A stretch of DNA of 64,000 nt from Patescibacteria group bacterium (lineage in GTDB: Bacteria > Patescibacteriota > Patescibacteriia > Patescibacteriales > UBA12465): positions 1,052 to 65,051 of the forward strand of contig JBAZBP010000002.1 in the NCBI GenBank assembly GCA_041671365.1, in the 5' to 3' direction. The first letter of the stretch is position 1, and each line of letters opens with the position of its first letter. Both the position numbers and the translations under genes were made by a program. This document shows, piece by piece, positions 33,722 through 43,465 of this stretch. Under the pieces are notes generated by a model. That model made no database searches and was not told the DNA's origin. It was given only the letters and a program-made list of their open reading frames with translations.

Positions 33722-36181
33722 TTATTTAACGACAATATTCAACAATTTCCCGGCCACAAAAATATTTTTAACTATTTCTTTCCCCTCCAGCCATTTTTTA
33801 ATTGTTTCATTCTCGGCAGCCAATTTTATTGCTTCGACTTCGGAAATATCGGCTGCCACCTCTAAGGTCGCTCTCAATTTACCGTTAACAGAAATAACTA
33901 AATTAACCGTTTCGTCTTTAATTAATTGAGGATCATACTCCGGCCAAGAAGATTTAAAAATACTTTCCTGATGACCTAATTTCTCCCAAAGTTCTTCGGT
34001 TAAGTGCGGCGCAAAAGAAGCCAGAATTAAAATAAATTTTTCTAAATTATTTTGACTTACCGGCCAAACATTATTTTTTGTTTTATATTCTCCTAAATTA
34101 TTAACAAAAATCATCAGGGCGGAAATAGCGGTATTATAGTGAAAATTTTCAATATCTTCCCCGACCTTCTTTATAGTTTTGTGAAGCAGCGCCACTATTT
34201 TCTGATCATCCGCCCCGGAAAAATTTTCTCCCAGGTTATAAATTTTCTCCAAGAAACGACTAATTCCGATAATTCCCCGGCTGCTCCAAGGTTTCATGTC
34301 TTCTAGGGGCCCCATAAACATTTCATATAAACGTAAAGCATCGGCGCCATGACCGGCAATCAGTTCGTCCGGATTAACGACGTTACCCTTAGATTTCGAC
34401 ATTTTATTTCCATCCTCGCCTAAAATAATTCCCTGATGGCGCAGTTTTAAAAATGGTTCGTTAAAAGAAACGACGCCATATTTTTGAAGAACTTTGGTAA
34501 AAAATCTAACATAGAGCAAATGCATAACCGCGTGCTCCGCTCCGCCCATATAAACATCAACCGGCAACCAATATTTAAGCAAATCAGGATCCGCGATAGC
34601 CTGGCTATTTTGACAATCGACATAACGCAAATAATACCAAGAAGAACAAACAAAAGTATCCATCGTATCGTTTTCTCGACGCGCCGCTGCGCCGCATTTC
34701 GGACACTTAACCTGCTGAAAGCTCGAAGAATATTTTAAAGGTGATTCGCCGGTCGGACGAAAATCCACGTCCGTCGGCAACAATACCGGTAAACTTTCTT
34801 CCGGTACCGGCACTTCCCCGCACTGCTCGCAATAAATAATCGGAATCGGCGCGCCCCAATAACGCTGACGCGAAACCAGCCAATCGCGCAAACGATAATT
34901 AATTTGCGCTTGTCCTTGTTGGCTGTTAATTAAAAATTTGGTCATTTCTTCACGGGCGGCGGCGGAAGTTAAACCGGTAAATTGACCGGAGTTAATTAAT
35001 ATTCCCTCGGCGGTATAAGCGGAGTCAAAAATTAATTCCCGGTCAGGAGTTTTTTGATCGTTAGGGACAATCACTATCTTAATAGGAAGCCGATATTTTT
35101 TAGCGAACTCCAGATCGCGTTCATCGTGGGCCGGAACCGCCATAACTGCTCCGGTACCATACGAAGCTAAAACATAATCGGCTAAATAAATTTTAATTTC
35201 CTCCTGGTTAAAAGGATTAACTGCCGTTAAGCCGGCCAAAACTACGCCGGTTTTATCTTTGTTTAAATCTGTGCGCTGTAAATTAGTTTTAACCTCAGTC
35301 ATTTCTAAATACCGATCCACTTCCGACCAATTAGTAATTTTATCTTTTAAATTAACGACTAAACTATGTTCCGGAGCCAAAACGACATAAGTGCAACCAA
35401 AAATAGTATCCACCCGAGTCGTAAAAACTTTAATTATTTCCGTCGTTCCTTTAATTTTAAAAGTAATTTCAGCGCCGACGCTCCGGCCGATCCAGTTACG
35501 CTGAGCCGCTTTAGTTGAAGACGGCCAATCAATCTCGTCCAGTCCATTAAGCAAACCCTTAAGTTGACGGCCTTCATAAGTTTGGTCTTCGATAAAATCA
35601 GTAATCTTAAAAAACCATTGCTCTAAATCCTTTTGAATCACTTCATTGCCGCAACGTTCGCAGTGACCGTCGACTACCTGTTCATTGGCTAAAACCGTCT
35701 GACAGCTCGCACACCAGTTAACTTGCGCCTTTTTCTTATAAGCTAAACCATTTTTATACATTAAAAGAAACAACCATTGGGTCCATTTATAATAGGCGGG
35801 GTCGGAAGTATTAACGGTCTTTTCCCAATCATACGATAGACCGAGCGAATTCATCTGTTTGGTAAAAGTCTCAATTGCTTTTTTGGTCGTTTCCACCGGA
35901 GAGATTCCGGTTTTAATCGCGTAATTTTCGGCCGGTAGGCCGAAGGAGTCAAAACCTTGAGGATGAAAAACATTAAATCCGCGAGCGCGATAATAACGAG
36001 CATAAATATCGGTGGCGGTATATGACTCGACATGACCGGCGTGCAAGCCCGCCCCCGAAGGATATGGAAACATGTCCAAAATATAATACTTGGGTTTAGC
36101 TCGGTCTGTTTCGGTTTTATAGAGACCGCCGTCCAGCCAGCGATCTTGCCATTTTTTTTCTATTTCTTGGTGGTTATACAT
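33722..36181 (-). CDS. leuS: Leucyl-tRNA synthetase
   Basis: 819 aa with PYPSGAGLHAGHVESY (HIGH-type), KMSKSKGN and a CP1 editing-domain length. Confidence 0.95.
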   Translation of the reverse strand: MYNHQEIEKKWQDRWLDGGLYKTETDRAKPKYYILDMFPYPSGAGLHAGHVESYTATDIYARYYRARGFNVFHPQGFDSFGLPAENYAIKTGISPVETTKKAIETFTKQMNSLGLSYDWEKTVNTSDPAYYKWTQWLFLLMYKNGLAYKKKAQVNWCASCQTVLANEQVVDGHCERCGNEVIQKDLEQWFFKITDFIEDQTYEGRQLKGLLNGLDEIDWPSSTKAAQRNWIGRSVGAEITFKIKGTTEIIKVFTTRVDTIFGCTYVVLAPEHSLVVNLKDKITNWSEVDRYLEMTEVKTNLQRTDLNKDKTGVVLAGLTAVNPFNQEEIKIYLADYVLASYGTGAVMAVPAHDERDLEFAKKYRLPIKIVIVPNDQKTPDRELIFDSAYTAEGILINSGQFTGLTSAAAREEMTKFLINSQQGQAQINYRLRDWLVSRQRYWGAPIPIIYCEQCGEVPVPEESLPVLLPTDVDFRPTGESPLKYSSSFQQVKCPKCGAAARRENDTMDTFVCSSWYYLRYVDCQNSQAIADPDLLKYWLPVDVYMGGAEHAVMHLLYVRFFTKVLQKYGVVSFNEPFLKLRHQGIILGEDGNKMSKSKGNVVNPDELIAGHGADALRLYEMFMGPLEDMKPWSSRGIIGISRFLEKIYNLGENFSGADDQKIVALLHKTIKKVGEDIENFHYNTAISALMIFVNNLGEYKTKNNVWPVSQNNLEKFILILASFAPHLTEELWEKLGHQESIFKSSWPEYDPQLIKDETVNLVISVNGKLRATLEVAADISEVEAIKLAAENETIKKWLEGKEIVKNIFVAGKLLNIVVK

Positions 36182-36196
36182 ATATAAGGGGTATTC

Positions 36197-36306
36197 GGAC
36201 GAAGTAGCATTTTTCCGCTTCGGTTTTTTCTGTGAGAAAATCTTTCGGCCTACGGCCTCGATTTTCTTTGACGAAAAAACAGGCGCTCCAAAATATTACT
36301 TCGTCC
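36197..36306. repeat. Structured intergenic repeat, copy 1 (divergent)
   Basis: Outer stem ggacgaagta/tacttcgtcc. The core shares TTTTTCCGCT, TTTTCTG, GACGAAAA, CGCTCC and AAAA with copies 2 and 3, and has compensating stem changes. Confidence 0.6.
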
Positions 36307-36347
36307 TCATTTTCTTAAATTATTATTCCTGGCATTCATTGCTCTTC

Positions 36348-37115
36348 TTAGTATAATTCCAGTCCAATCGGCGCATGATCGGAACCAGTAATTTTATCTA
36401 AAATATAAGCTTTTTTTAACAGTCTCTTAAGTTTAGCCGAAGCGCAGAAATAGTCAATTCGCCAGCCGACATTACGCGTTCGGGCTCCGGCGCGCCAGCT
36501 CCACCAGGAATATTGAATCTTTCGGCTATGCAGCTCACGAAAAGTATCGATAAAACCGGCGACTAAAAATTTGTTAAACCAAGTCCTTTCTTCTTTGGTA
36601 AATCCGGCCGATACTTCGTTTTCCCGCGGTCGGGCCAAATCAATTTCGGTATGAGCGACATTAAAGTCTCCGGTGACGATCACCGGTTTTAATTTTTCTA
36701 ATTTTTTTACACATTTTAGCAGAGCGTCATTAAATTCCAGTCTATAAGGTAAACGCGATAACTCTTGATTGGCATTTGGAAAATAAACATTCAATAAATA
36801 AAAATTTTTTAATTCCACGATCTGCACTCTTCCCTCGATATCAAATTTAGCGACACCTAAACCATTTTTGACTCCAATAACCTGATTAAATCCGGCTCGA
36901 ACTAAAACGGCCGTACCGCTATAACCGGGACGATTAGCACAATTCCAATATTCAGTAAATCCGTCAAAATCAAATTCCGTTTCATTCCTGATCGTGTCAG
37001 AAATTTTTATCTCTTGCAAACACAAGATATCCGGTTTTATCCGCCGCAAAAAGGGTTGAAAACCCTTTTTACTTACCGCTCGGATACCATTAATATTCCA
37101 AGAGATTATTTTCAT
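36348..37115 (-). CDS. xth: Exodeoxyribonuclease III (AP endonuclease)
   Basis: 255 aa with MKIISWNINGIRA, LCLQE and GSDHAPI. Confidence 0.9.
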   Translation of the reverse strand: MKIISWNINGIRAVSKKGFQPFLRRIKPDILCLQEIKISDTIRNETEFDFDGFTEYWNCANRPGYSGTAVLVRAGFNQVIGVKNGLGVAKFDIEGRVQIVELKNFYLLNVYFPNANQELSRLPYRLEFNDALLKCVKKLEKLKPVIVTGDFNVAHTEIDLARPRENEVSAGFTKEERTWFNKFLVAGFIDTFRELHSRKIQYSWWSWRAGARTRNVGWRIDYFCASAKLKRLLKKAYILDKITGSDHAPIGLELY

Positions 37116-37169
37116 ATAATATGATATAATATATTTATTATAATTTAAACTTAAGCATTTTTCAATTAT

Positions 37170-37919
37170 ATGAGTTTAAACGAACGGTTAAAATTTGCCG
37201 AGATGAAGGCGCGCCATAGCCACGCTCTGCTTCCCTGGTATAAAAAATGGTGGGGCATACTTTCTTTAATCGCCGCCGGTCTGATTTTTATTATTCTCAT
37301 CGCATCCGCCGCTTATGTTGTAAATCGAGTCCAACAAATTATCAGCGGCCAAGCCTCGGCCATGAACGAAGAACAACTCCAAATTTATTTACAAAAAGTA
37401 AACGGCGACAGTACCAATTATTCCGTCGGTACTAGTACGCCAAAAGTAACTATCGTGGAATTCGGCGATTTCGCCTGCCCTTATACGGAGCAAGCTTATT
37501 CCGTCGTCAATCAACTAGCTCAAAGCTATAAAGATAAAATAAAAATAGTTTGGCGCGATTATTTGCGCAACCTCGATTCTGTCGATCTGGCCATGACCGC
37601 GCGCTGCGCCGGTGAACAAAATAAATTTTGGCCGATGCATGATGCCTTATTTGCTAATCAGGCCGCCCTAAGCGTTAACGACGACGCTCGTCCCGGCAAA
37701 TTAGTCGCTTTGGCTCAAAATCTGGGTTTAAATGTAGATCAATTCACTGCTTGCCTGACCAGCCAAAAATATCTCGACCAAATTAAAAAGGATTATGACG
37801 ATGGAAACGCTCTCCAGATTATCGGCACTCCGACTTGGTTTGTTAATAATCATACTTTTTCCGGCTATATACCGTTTGATAAATTTAATTCTTTAATCGG
37901 CGGTTTATTAGTTAAATAA
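37170..37919 (+). CDS. DsbA-family thioredoxin-fold protein, membrane anchored, with atypical active site CPYT
   Basis: 249 aa with an N-terminal TM. The VTIVEFGDFACPYTEQ context matches DsbA/thiol:disulfide interchange proteins, but the second Cys is replaced by Thr. Confidence 0.8.
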   Translation: MSLNERLKFAEMKARHSHALLPWYKKWWGILSLIAAGLIFIILIASAAYVVNRVQQIISGQASAMNEEQLQIYLQKVNGDSTNYSVGTSTPKVTIVEFGDFACPYTEQAYSVVNQLAQSYKDKIKIVWRDYLRNLDSVDLAMTARCAGEQNKFWPMHDALFANQAALSVNDDARPGKLVALAQNLGLNVDQFTACLTSQKYLDQIKKDYDDGNALQIIGTPTWFVNNHTFSGYIPFDKFNSLIGGLLVK

Positions 37920-37920
37920 T

Positions 37921-38466
37921 ATGGAAACGATTCGCATTCACGGCCGCGGCGGGCAAGGAGTGGTAACGGCCGCCGAGTTAATCGCTATCGCCGCCTTTTA
38001 TGATGGACACGAAGCCCAGGCTTTTCCTAATTTCGGCGTAGAAAGAAGCGGCGCCCCAATCCAATCTTTCGCGCGAATTGACAGTCGACCGATTATTACC
38101 CGGGAACAAGTATATGAACCAACAGTGTTAATTATTCAAGACAGCACCCTAATCGACACGGTCGATGTTTTTAACGGAATCAATAAAAATACTAAAATAA
38201 TTATAAACTCCCCTAAAAATCGCTGGCCAAATCTAAAACTAAAATCTAAAAATTTATATTTTTCGCCGGCTACGGAAATTGCTCTAAAAATTTTAGGAAG
38301 GAATATCGTTAATACCGTTATCTTGGGCGCTGTAGTTAAATATACCGGCCTAATCTCTTTAGAATCGTTAAAAAAAGCCGTAAGCGAAAAATTTAAAGAC
38401 AAGGGAGAAGAAGTAATTAAAAAAAATATAGAAGCGATAAAAATGATTTATGAAAAAAATAGCTAA
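37921..38466 (+). CDS. porG: 2-oxoacid (pyruvate):ferredoxin oxidoreductase gamma subunit
   Basis: 181 aa with IRIHGRGGQGVVTAAELIA. Confidence 0.85.
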   Translation: METIRIHGRGGQGVVTAAELIAIAAFYDGHEAQAFPNFGVERSGAPIQSFARIDSRPIITREQVYEPTVLIIQDSTLIDTVDVFNGINKNTKIIINSPKNRWPNLKLKSKNLYFSPATEIALKILGRNIVNTVILGAVVKYTGLISLESLKKAVSEKFKDKGEEVIKKNIEAIKMIYEKNS

Positions 38467-38734
38467 AAATATCGGCCTGATAACTCAACCCGGAACCAGT
38501 TTAAAAAACAAAACCGGCCCGTGGCGGACCCAAAAACCTCTAACCGATCTTAATGTCTGTACCGGCTGTTCGCTCTGCGCCAAAATTTGTCCGGAAGGCT
38601 GTATCCTCATGAAACCGAATTTAAAATTTAACGCTAAACTAAAACCGGAAACTGATTATGATTATTGCAAAGGCTGCGCTTTATGCGCGCACGAATGTCC
38701 GGTAAAAGCGATAAAAATGGTTGAAGATTATTAG
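38450..38734 (+). CDS. porD: 2-oxoacid:ferredoxin oxidoreductase delta subunit (2x[4Fe-4S])
   Basis: 94 aa with CTGCSLCAKICP and CKGCALCAHECP. Confidence 0.85.
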   Translation: MKKIAKNIGLITQPGTSLKNKTGPWRTQKPLTDLNVCTGCSLCAKICPEGCILMKPNLKFNAKLKPETDYDYCKGCALCAHECPVKAIKMVEDY

Positions 38735-38742
38735 AAACAATT

Positions 38743-39933
38743 ATGTCTAAAAACAACCAACAAATATTAGAAGGATCACGAGCAATCGCTTTAACGATTA
38801 AAAATATCGCTCCGGCCGTTATTTCCGCCTACCCGATTACTCCCCAGACGCATATCGTTGAAGATCTGGCAGAGTTTAAAGCGAACAGCCAAACTAGTTA
38901 TGAATACGTTCGCGCCGAAAGCGAATTTGCCGCCGCCTCGATTGTTCTGGGCGCCAGCGCCACTGGCGTTCGCGTTTATAGCGCGACCAGTTCTCAAGGT
39001 CTCCTGCTGATGACAGAGGTAATTTATAATATTGCCGGACTGCGGCTGCCGGTCGTTATTACTTGCGCCAACCGAGCGATTTCTAGTCCGATAAATATTT
39101 GGAACGATCACAGCGACGTGATGTCTATTCGTGATGCCGGCTGGATTCAACTATTCGCCACCGATAACCAAGAAGCCATTAACCAACATATTTTAGCCTA
39201 TAAACTAGCCGAGAGTTTAAAAATTCCGGTAATGATTAACGTCGACGGTTATATTTTAACCCATTCTTATGAACCGGTAACCATCCCCGACGTTAAATTA
39301 ATTAAAAAATATTTACCGAACTACCGACCGATTAGCGGTACTTATCTTAACCCGGCCGATCCTGTGACTCTTGGCGCTTTTTTCACGCCAAGGCATTATA
39401 TGGAAACTCGGGAAGTCTTACATAATGATTTAATCAATAGTCTCAAGGTTATAAACCAAGAATATAAACTACTTAATAAAGTATTAGGAAACGCTAACCA
39501 TTCTCGCGAAAACAAAAACTCATCTCTTATTGATAATGGCTTAATAGAATATTATGGCCCAAAAAATCCCCAAACCGTTCTAATCGCCCTGGGCTCAATG
39601 GTCGGAACCGTCCGCGAGGCCATAAAAGATTTAAAAAATGTCGGAGTATTAAAAATAAAAGTCTATCGCCCTTTTCCGGGAGAGGAAATAGTAAAAATAA
39701 TCAAATCTGTTAAAAATGTCGCTGTTCTGGAAAAAGCTATAAGTTTAGGATCGTCCGGGGCGCTATATTCCGACTTATCCGCCGCGCTCGTTGCCGGAAA
39801 AATTAAAAATAATCTTAATCTTAAAAATTATATTGTCGGTTTGGGCGGACGAGATATTACGCAAAAGATGATCATAACCATAGTCAAAGATGCCCCGAAA
39901 AAAAATAATTATCTAAAATTTATCGGAAAGTAA
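38743..39933 (+). CDS. porA: 2-oxoacid:ferredoxin oxidoreductase alpha subunit
   Basis: 396 aa with the AYPITPQT motif and a typical length. Confidence 0.88.
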   Translation: MSKNNQQILEGSRAIALTIKNIAPAVISAYPITPQTHIVEDLAEFKANSQTSYEYVRAESEFAAASIVLGASATGVRVYSATSSQGLLLMTEVIYNIAGLRLPVVITCANRAISSPINIWNDHSDVMSIRDAGWIQLFATDNQEAINQHILAYKLAESLKIPVMINVDGYILTHSYEPVTIPDVKLIKKYLPNYRPISGTYLNPADPVTLGAFFTPRHYMETREVLHNDLINSLKVINQEYKLLNKVLGNANHSRENKNSSLIDNGLIEYYGPKNPQTVLIALGSMVGTVREAIKDLKNVGVLKIKVYRPFPGEEIVKIIKSVKNVAVLEKAISLGSSGALYSDLSAALVAGKIKNNLNLKNYIVGLGGRDITQKMIITIVKDAPKKNNYLKFIGK

Positions 39934-39934
39934 T

Positions 39935-41113
39935 ATGAAAAAATTACCAATAATAATTACTTCATTTTTAATAATTTATTTATTTTTACCCGGAATAACA
40001 AAGGCGGAATCTTGCCATTGGATAGGTAAAGTACCGGCTAGCTGTTCCAATGTCGAAATACAAGATAACAGTAGTCCCAATAAATGTAACAACACCAGTA
40101 CGATTGGTATCTGCTGCTGTCCTTCCGCCAGCGCAGCGGCTAAAGCCGCCGCTAAAACTACTACCGATAATGTTAATTATACTCCGCTTACTTTTTATCC
40201 TCAGATAGGTATATCTTCATTTGACGGACCTACGGCCGTCGGAAGTTTTATAAAAGGAAAAATGAGCAGCAATCTTTTGGCTACATATATTGAAGTTATC
40301 TATAATTATGGAATGTCGGTAGTCGGCATCCTGGCGGCGATTGTTTTAATGGGTGGTGGTATCTTATGGTTAACTTCGGCCGGCAATGATTCTAAAATAA
40401 CCCAGGCTAAAGAATTGATTGGCGGAAGTATAGCGGGTCTAGTAATTTTATTCAGCTCTTGGATATTATTAAATACAATTAACCCGGATATACTTAAAAT
40501 GAAACCGATTGTAACGACCTTCGTTCAAACTCTTTCCGCCGGTTGCTGCGAATCATCCAATAAGGCGATAATGACCACTGATGATAAATGTAAAAAACCG
40601 TCTATTTTTAAAGCTAACGCCAGAACTAATTCTACAATGACCGCTTGTGAGAATGAAGGATGCTGTGCTACTAATAATGTTAATTCTAATATCAACACGA
40701 GTAACTATGTCAAGTGCGTAGACACGATAGAATCCGACTGCCCGGCCGTACAAAACGGTAAAACCGGACTTAAAGATTTCTTTCCTAATCAATCGTGCTC
40801 GCAGCTTGGTAAGTGCCCTACCGAAGTCACCGTTAATTGCAACTCAATTAAAGACGGAGATAGCTGCCAAAACGGAAAAGGAAAAAATGTGGCCGATAGT
40901 TATTGCTATGGCGGGAAATGCTATGAAGGCAGTGGCATCAAGGAGGGGGATTTGTGCGGAACTAATGGTGGAAAATGTACGTCAAACGCTGGGCTTAACT
41001 TTTCAAAATTAGAATTTCAAAACGTAAATTGTTACGAATCAAATTACCAACAAGACAGTGGCGGTAGAAATTGCGGAAAAGGATTATACTGCTGTTATAA
41101 AAAAACAAATTAA
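39935..41113 (+). CDS. Cys-rich exported protein with a central VirB2/TrbC-type T4SS-pilin-like two-helix domain
   Basis: 392 aa with a signal peptide, a CxW...CCC module, then YNYGMSVVGILAAIVLMGGGILWLTSAGNDSKITQAKELIGGSIAGLVILFSSWILL, then a Cys-rich tail. Confidence 0.7.
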   Translation: MKKLPIIITSFLIIYLFLPGITKAESCHWIGKVPASCSNVEIQDNSSPNKCNNTSTIGICCCPSASAAAKAAAKTTTDNVNYTPLTFYPQIGISSFDGPTAVGSFIKGKMSSNLLATYIEVIYNYGMSVVGILAAIVLMGGGILWLTSAGNDSKITQAKELIGGSIAGLVILFSSWILLNTINPDILKMKPIVTTFVQTLSAGCCESSNKAIMTTDDKCKKPSIFKANARTNSTMTACENEGCCATNNVNSNINTSNYVKCVDTIESDCPAVQNGKTGLKDFFPNQSCSQLGKCPTEVTVNCNSIKDGDSCQNGKGKNVADSYCYGGKCYEGSGIKEGDLCGTNGGKCTSNAGLNFSKLEFQNVNCYESNYQQDSGGRNCGKGLYCCYKKTN

Positions 41114-41123
41114 TTAACTAAAC

Positions 41124-42005
41124 ATGTTAAATACAGAAAAAAAAATAAATAAATTTCTCTCCCCCGGCCATAGCGCCTGTGCCGGTTGCGGACAATTAGT
41201 CGCCGTCCAGGCCGTGATGCGAGGATTAAATAAAGAAACAATCATCGCTAATGCGACCGGCTGTTTAGAAGTAACAACTACCGCTTATCCGCAGAGTGCT
41301 TGGGGTTTACCCTGGATTCATTCTTTATTTGAAAATTCTTCTGCAGTCTCCTCCGGAATTTTGGCGGCTCTGAAACAAAAAGGCGATACTAAAACTAAAG
41401 TAGTTGTTCAAGGCGGCGACGGCGGGACGTTTGATATTGGAATCGGACTGATTAGCGGAATGTGGGAAAGAGGTGAAAATATTTTATATATCTGCTACGA
41501 CACCGAAGCTTATTCTAACACCGGAATTCAGGCTTCCGGCGCTACCCCTTACGGCGCCAATACGACAACTACGCCGAGCGGGCTTCAATCTGTCGGTTCA
41601 AAACAAACAAAAAAAGATATGTTGGCTATCGCCCTGGCGCATGGCCTTGGATATGTCGCCCAAAGTACGGCCGGATTTCCGGATGACATAACTAACAAAA
41701 TCAAAAAAGCTTTAGTCGCGCCCGGTCCAAGCTATATCCAAATCTTATCACCCTGTATTCCGGGATGGAGAATAAATACCGATGAAGCGGTCATGATGGG
41801 AAAATTAGCGGCGGCCACCGGACTTTACCCCTTGCTGGAATATACGAACGGGCAATTAACGACTTCAAGCATTAATAATAATTTTAACGCCAAACCCGCA
41901 AACGAATATTTAAAAAAACAAGGGCGTTTTAAACATCTCCAAGCTGAAGATATCGCCGCCATCCAGAAGCTGGCCGATGAAAATATAAAAAAATATAAAA
42001 TATGA
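41124..42005 (+). CDS. porB: 2-oxoacid:ferredoxin oxidoreductase beta subunit (TPP-binding)
   Basis: 293 aa with CAGCG and GDGGTFDIG. Confidence 0.88.
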   Translation: MLNTEKKINKFLSPGHSACAGCGQLVAVQAVMRGLNKETIIANATGCLEVTTTAYPQSAWGLPWIHSLFENSSAVSSGILAALKQKGDTKTKVVVQGGDGGTFDIGIGLISGMWERGENILYICYDTEAYSNTGIQASGATPYGANTTTTPSGLQSVGSKQTKKDMLAIALAHGLGYVAQSTAGFPDDITNKIKKALVAPGPSYIQILSPCIPGWRINTDEAVMMGKLAAATGLYPLLEYTNGQLTTSSINNNFNAKPANEYLKKQGRFKHLQAEDIAAIQKLADENIKKYKI

Positions 42006-42388
42006 AGACGACGCGGTTATTACAATCGATTCTGATATTTTCTCTTCTGTTATTGGCGCGACAGGCCAGCGCAAATTGCATGTGGACTACTCATAATCAA
42101 TGTATAGATATCGGAACAAGCAATGATTGGGCTTCATCGACTGAAACTAATTGTAATATTAATCAAAAACCAGCCGGTACGACTAAGTGTTGCTGCGCCG
42201 ACTCCATTCTCGGGTGTTGTGAAAAAAAAGACAATCTCGGAACCATTACAACCGCCAATATGCTTGGCGAGAATTGCCAAAATATCACAACTGCCAGTAC
42301 AACTTTTTTTCAAGATTTTCTAGCTGATAATAATACTTGCAAAGATAAAAATTCTTCTAAAACTACCGGCTCTAATAGCGCCAGCGGC
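42002..42388 (+). repeat. 387-bp perfect direct repeat, copy 1
   Basis: Line-by-line comparison with 43479-43865 found no differences. The identical spurious track ORFs at 42123..42323 and 43600..43800 corroborate this. Confidence 0.9.
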
Positions 42389-43465
42389 GATTGCTCTTGG
42401 AAAGCAATAAAAACAGAACCTTTCGGTGTATCGGGCGGATGCGATACCGCCGGTGGTGAAAAAAATGGAAATACTTGCTCGGCCAGCACAAAACCATCAG
42501 ACTCGGCCATCGCTCAAGCTAATGTATCTTTTACTTACGTCTGCTGCTGCAAGCCGACAGTTGCGGCGCCCGTCTTCACTCCCCCGAAGTTTATTTTGCC
42601 AAATATCCAAATTTCAATTCCCGGACTAAACCTGACGACCAGTTCAATCCAATCGGAATTAAACGCTGACGGATCTTATACCGTTAGCGTTCCCTGGATC
42701 GGTCAATATATTGGCGGTATTTATAATTACGGCGTCGGTATTGCCGGAATTTTAGCGGCAATAATGCTGATGGCCGGCGGGGTTCTCTGGCTCATTTCGG
42801 CCGGTGATGCTTCAAAAATAACGCAAGCCAAAGAATTAATTACCGGCAGTATTACCGGATTAATTATTTTAACAACCTCTTATCTTCTGCTTTATACTAT
42901 TAATCCGGAATTGACCCAATTTAAACCGATTGATCTGGGGGCAATAAAGAGAGAAGAATTTGAGGGAGACAATAATTCTCCAAGTGTTACTCTGGATATG
43001 GTCAAGATAGCCTCTACTTTAGGCGTTAATTGCGGCCAAGATTCTATCAGTCAAATAGTTACTAAAGCAAAAGGCAAGGCCACTTACAGCCAAGAAAATA
43101 GAACCAAAGCCGCCCCGGGCGGTTTTGTATATTTAGATTGTTCCAGCTTCGCCAGTTTTGCGCTGAAGTGTGCTACCGGTAAAAACAGCGGCCAACGTAG
43201 CGCCGATATCTTTAGTGAACAAAAAATTTGGGATCAAAAATTAGAAAGCCTACAACCCGGGAATATGATCGGATGGGCTCCTAAAAATAATAAAAATAAT
43301 AGTGGACATGTGATAATATATATGGGCAATGGGATATTTGGCGATTGTCATTCGGGTTCCGGCAAGCAACCGGGAAATTGCATCAGTAATTCAATTAGCT
43401 TTGAAAAAATAAAAAATTACGCCACCAGTCATTCTGATGGAAAATTATATTTCAAAAGTTACTAA
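42002..43465 (+). CDS. T4SS-pilin-like domain protein fused to a C-terminal NlpC/P60 peptidoglycan endopeptidase
   Basis: 487 aa with a signal peptide, two CxW...CCC modules and a pilin-like helix pair. The C-terminus reads YLDCSSFASF...PGNMIGW...GHVIIYMGNG (Cys/His catalytic pattern). Confidence 0.75.
   Translation: MKTTRLLQSILIFSLLLLARQASANCMWTTHNQCIDIGTSNDWASSTETNCNINQKPAGTTKCCCADSILGCCEKKDNLGTITTANMLGENCQNITTASTTFFQDFLADNNTCKDKNSSKTTGSNSASGDCSWKAIKTEPFGVSGGCDTAGGEKNGNTCSASTKPSDSAIAQANVSFTYVCCCKPTVAAPVFTPPKFILPNIQISIPGLNLTTSSIQSELNADGSYTVSVPWIGQYIGGIYNYGVGIAGILAAIMLMAGGVLWLISAGDASKITQAKELITGSITGLIILTTSYLLLYTINPELTQFKPIDLGAIKREEFEGDNNSPSVTLDMVKIASTLGVNCGQDSISQIVTKAKGKATYSQENRTKAAPGGFVYLDCSSFASFALKCATGKNSGQRSADIFSEQKIWDQKLESLQPGNMIGWAPKNNKNNSGHVIIYMGNGIFGDCHSGSGKQPGNCISNSISFEKIKNYATSHSDGKLYFKSY

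Noticed and set aside
36182-36347. T-box or other riboswitch in the leuS leader
   Set aside because: No T-box consensus or specifier-loop architecture is present. The structure belongs to the three-copy repeat family, which is also found next to unrelated genes.
41990-42010. Alternative genetic code (UGA recoding) as in some CPR lineages
   Set aside because: TGA is used as a genuine stop, for example at the porB end (ATA TGA overlapping the next ATG). ORF lengths are normal under the standard code.
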